A DNA stretch of 64,000 bases from Octopus bimaculoides (taxonomy: Eukaryota): NCBI RefSeq assembly GCF_001194135.2, contig NC_068990.1:33324149-33388148 (forward strand), written 5' to 3'. Below, one piece after another: positions 62,880 through 64,000 of this stretch. The translations under genes were made by a program, and so were the position numbers. The notes beneath the pieces are model-generated. The model ran no database searches and was not told the origin of the DNA. It worked only from the letters and a program-made list of their open reading frames with translations. The stretch's first letter is position 1. Every line of letters starts with the position of its first letter.

Positions 62880-63420
62880 ACTGTCTATATTTCTCCTCTC
62901 TCTTTTATGGGTATGAGACACCTATAGGGGATGTATTAAGATCTTGGAGGCTTTACTATCCAGTGCCATTGAGATCCTTTTAGTCAAGCAGGGAAATAAG
63001 ATTCTATACAAAGGTACTGTGAAACCAATTCTTTTAACCTTGAATCTACATAAACAAGCATCAAGCAAAATAGCTTAGACGTGTAGTGCCCATGTCTGAT
63101 TTATGTCTTTCTTGTAGGAAACTTTACGACCAACTACACCATGATCCTCACCTGCCTGAAGGACCAAATAAGTGATTCAAGGATCAGCTGAAGACCACTG
63201 TGAAGAGAAATAGCATCAGCCCTTCGAGGGTTAAGGGAATTTTTGCCAACCATTCTCATTATTTCACAGTGATTGAAAATATGCAGGAGAAACATGTTAA
63301 ACCTCACCAGTAAAATGACAAAAGAATGCACACAGTGCTGCATGTAGCATCTATAAAAAAAATGCACATGATCTGTCTGCAGCTGAACTTGGGCATCAAC
63401 AGCCAGCTTGTGTAGTTATC
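62880..63420 (+). mobile_element. Decayed RTE-type LINE 3' end
   Basis: LFYGYETP.. (cf. LLYGCETW) and KLYDQLHHDPHLPEGPNK*FKDQLKTTVKRNSI (cf. LYGEL..G.R..G.PKKRYKDQLK..LK..I), then a C-x2-C-like remnant. Confidence 0.7.
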
Positions 63421-63574
63421 AAAGGTTCAACAAGTGATGGGGCCAACAGTTATTATTGCTGGATTTACTGAATAACAATACTGTTATCATCGCCATCAGG
63501 TGAACCATCATCATAGTTTGAAACTAATTAGGATTAATTATTATTGACACTTATGGAAGTAAGAAGCTACACAT

Positions 63575-63660
63575 GCCAGCTGAGTGAACTGGAGCAACAT
63601 GAAATGGAGTGTTTTGCTCAAGAACATGCATAGAATGATCCAGGAATCAAAACCTCATAT
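63575..63660 (-). mobile_element. SINE family D fragment
   Basis: Reverse complement of 58440-58525 (GCCAGCTGAGTGAACTGGAGCAACATGAAATGGAGTGTTTTGCTCAAGAACATGCATAGAATGATCCAGGAATCAAAAC). Confidence 0.85.
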
Positions 63661-63972
63661 TGCTCATATACTTGGTATAATTTTGCTGCTCCACCCTTTC
63701 CAAAATGCTTCTAATTGATTATTAAAGAGTTATTCAACAACCCACCACAACCATTCACGCACATACATGTGTTATTTCTTCTCTCAGTCTCTTCAAGTGA
63801 TGATACAGTAGCTTCTACACATCTAAATGAGAATCTGTGTATCACTTCTGTCCAAGCCTGCTGCATCTGCTTTTCTTTCTCTCATCAGCTCTTTTGTGTC
63901 CTTATAATCAAACCCCAGAAATTCTTTCCACTGAAAGCCTTTCCCAATATTTTTTTGGTAATGATGTTAAAC

Positions 63973-64000
63973 GTGGAGGCGCAATGGCCCAGTGGTTAGG
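63973..64000 (+). mobile_element. 5' start of a tRNA-derived SINE (same family as 6350-6736), running off the window
   Basis: GTGGAGGCGCAATGGCCCAGTGGTTAGG. Confidence 0.8.

Noticed and set aside
672-64000. tRNA-like A/B boxes as real tRNA genes
   Set aside because: All are SINE heads continuing into repeat bodies; none folds into a complete cloverleaf.

Overview
This is repeat-dominated, AT-rich animal (metazoan) genomic DNA with seven assembly gaps. From the style of its SINEs and microsatellites I infer an octopod cephalopod (Octopus-like draft scaffold); that is pattern recognition, not a database result. It is not prokaryotic: there are no operons, CRISPR arrays, rRNA or true tRNA genes, and I could not confidently identify any host protein-coding gene. 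Most ORFs in the supplied track are artefacts of microsatellites or N-runs. The rest are decayed transposon fragments. These are several R4/Dong-like RLE non-LTR retrotransposon pieces sitting in (TAA)n repeats, two RTE-type LINE pieces, Penelope-like remnants, mariner and Tc1-like remnants, mariner and hAT MITEs, an internally deleted Chapaev3-like element, a fold-back element and many tRNA-derived or LINE-tailed SINEs. The most interesting signals are: (i) a dispersed family of (AT)n-linked short elements carrying decayed minimal hammerhead-ribozyme motifs; (ii) chains of RLE-LINEs plus a putative non-autonomous partner stacked inside TAA microsatellites; (iii) a few candidate small exons; and (iv) candidate regulatory islands (a CTCF-like site and a homeodomain/TALE motif cluster). 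I did not find a clearly novel biological system; all exon and enhancer calls are low-confidence leads.
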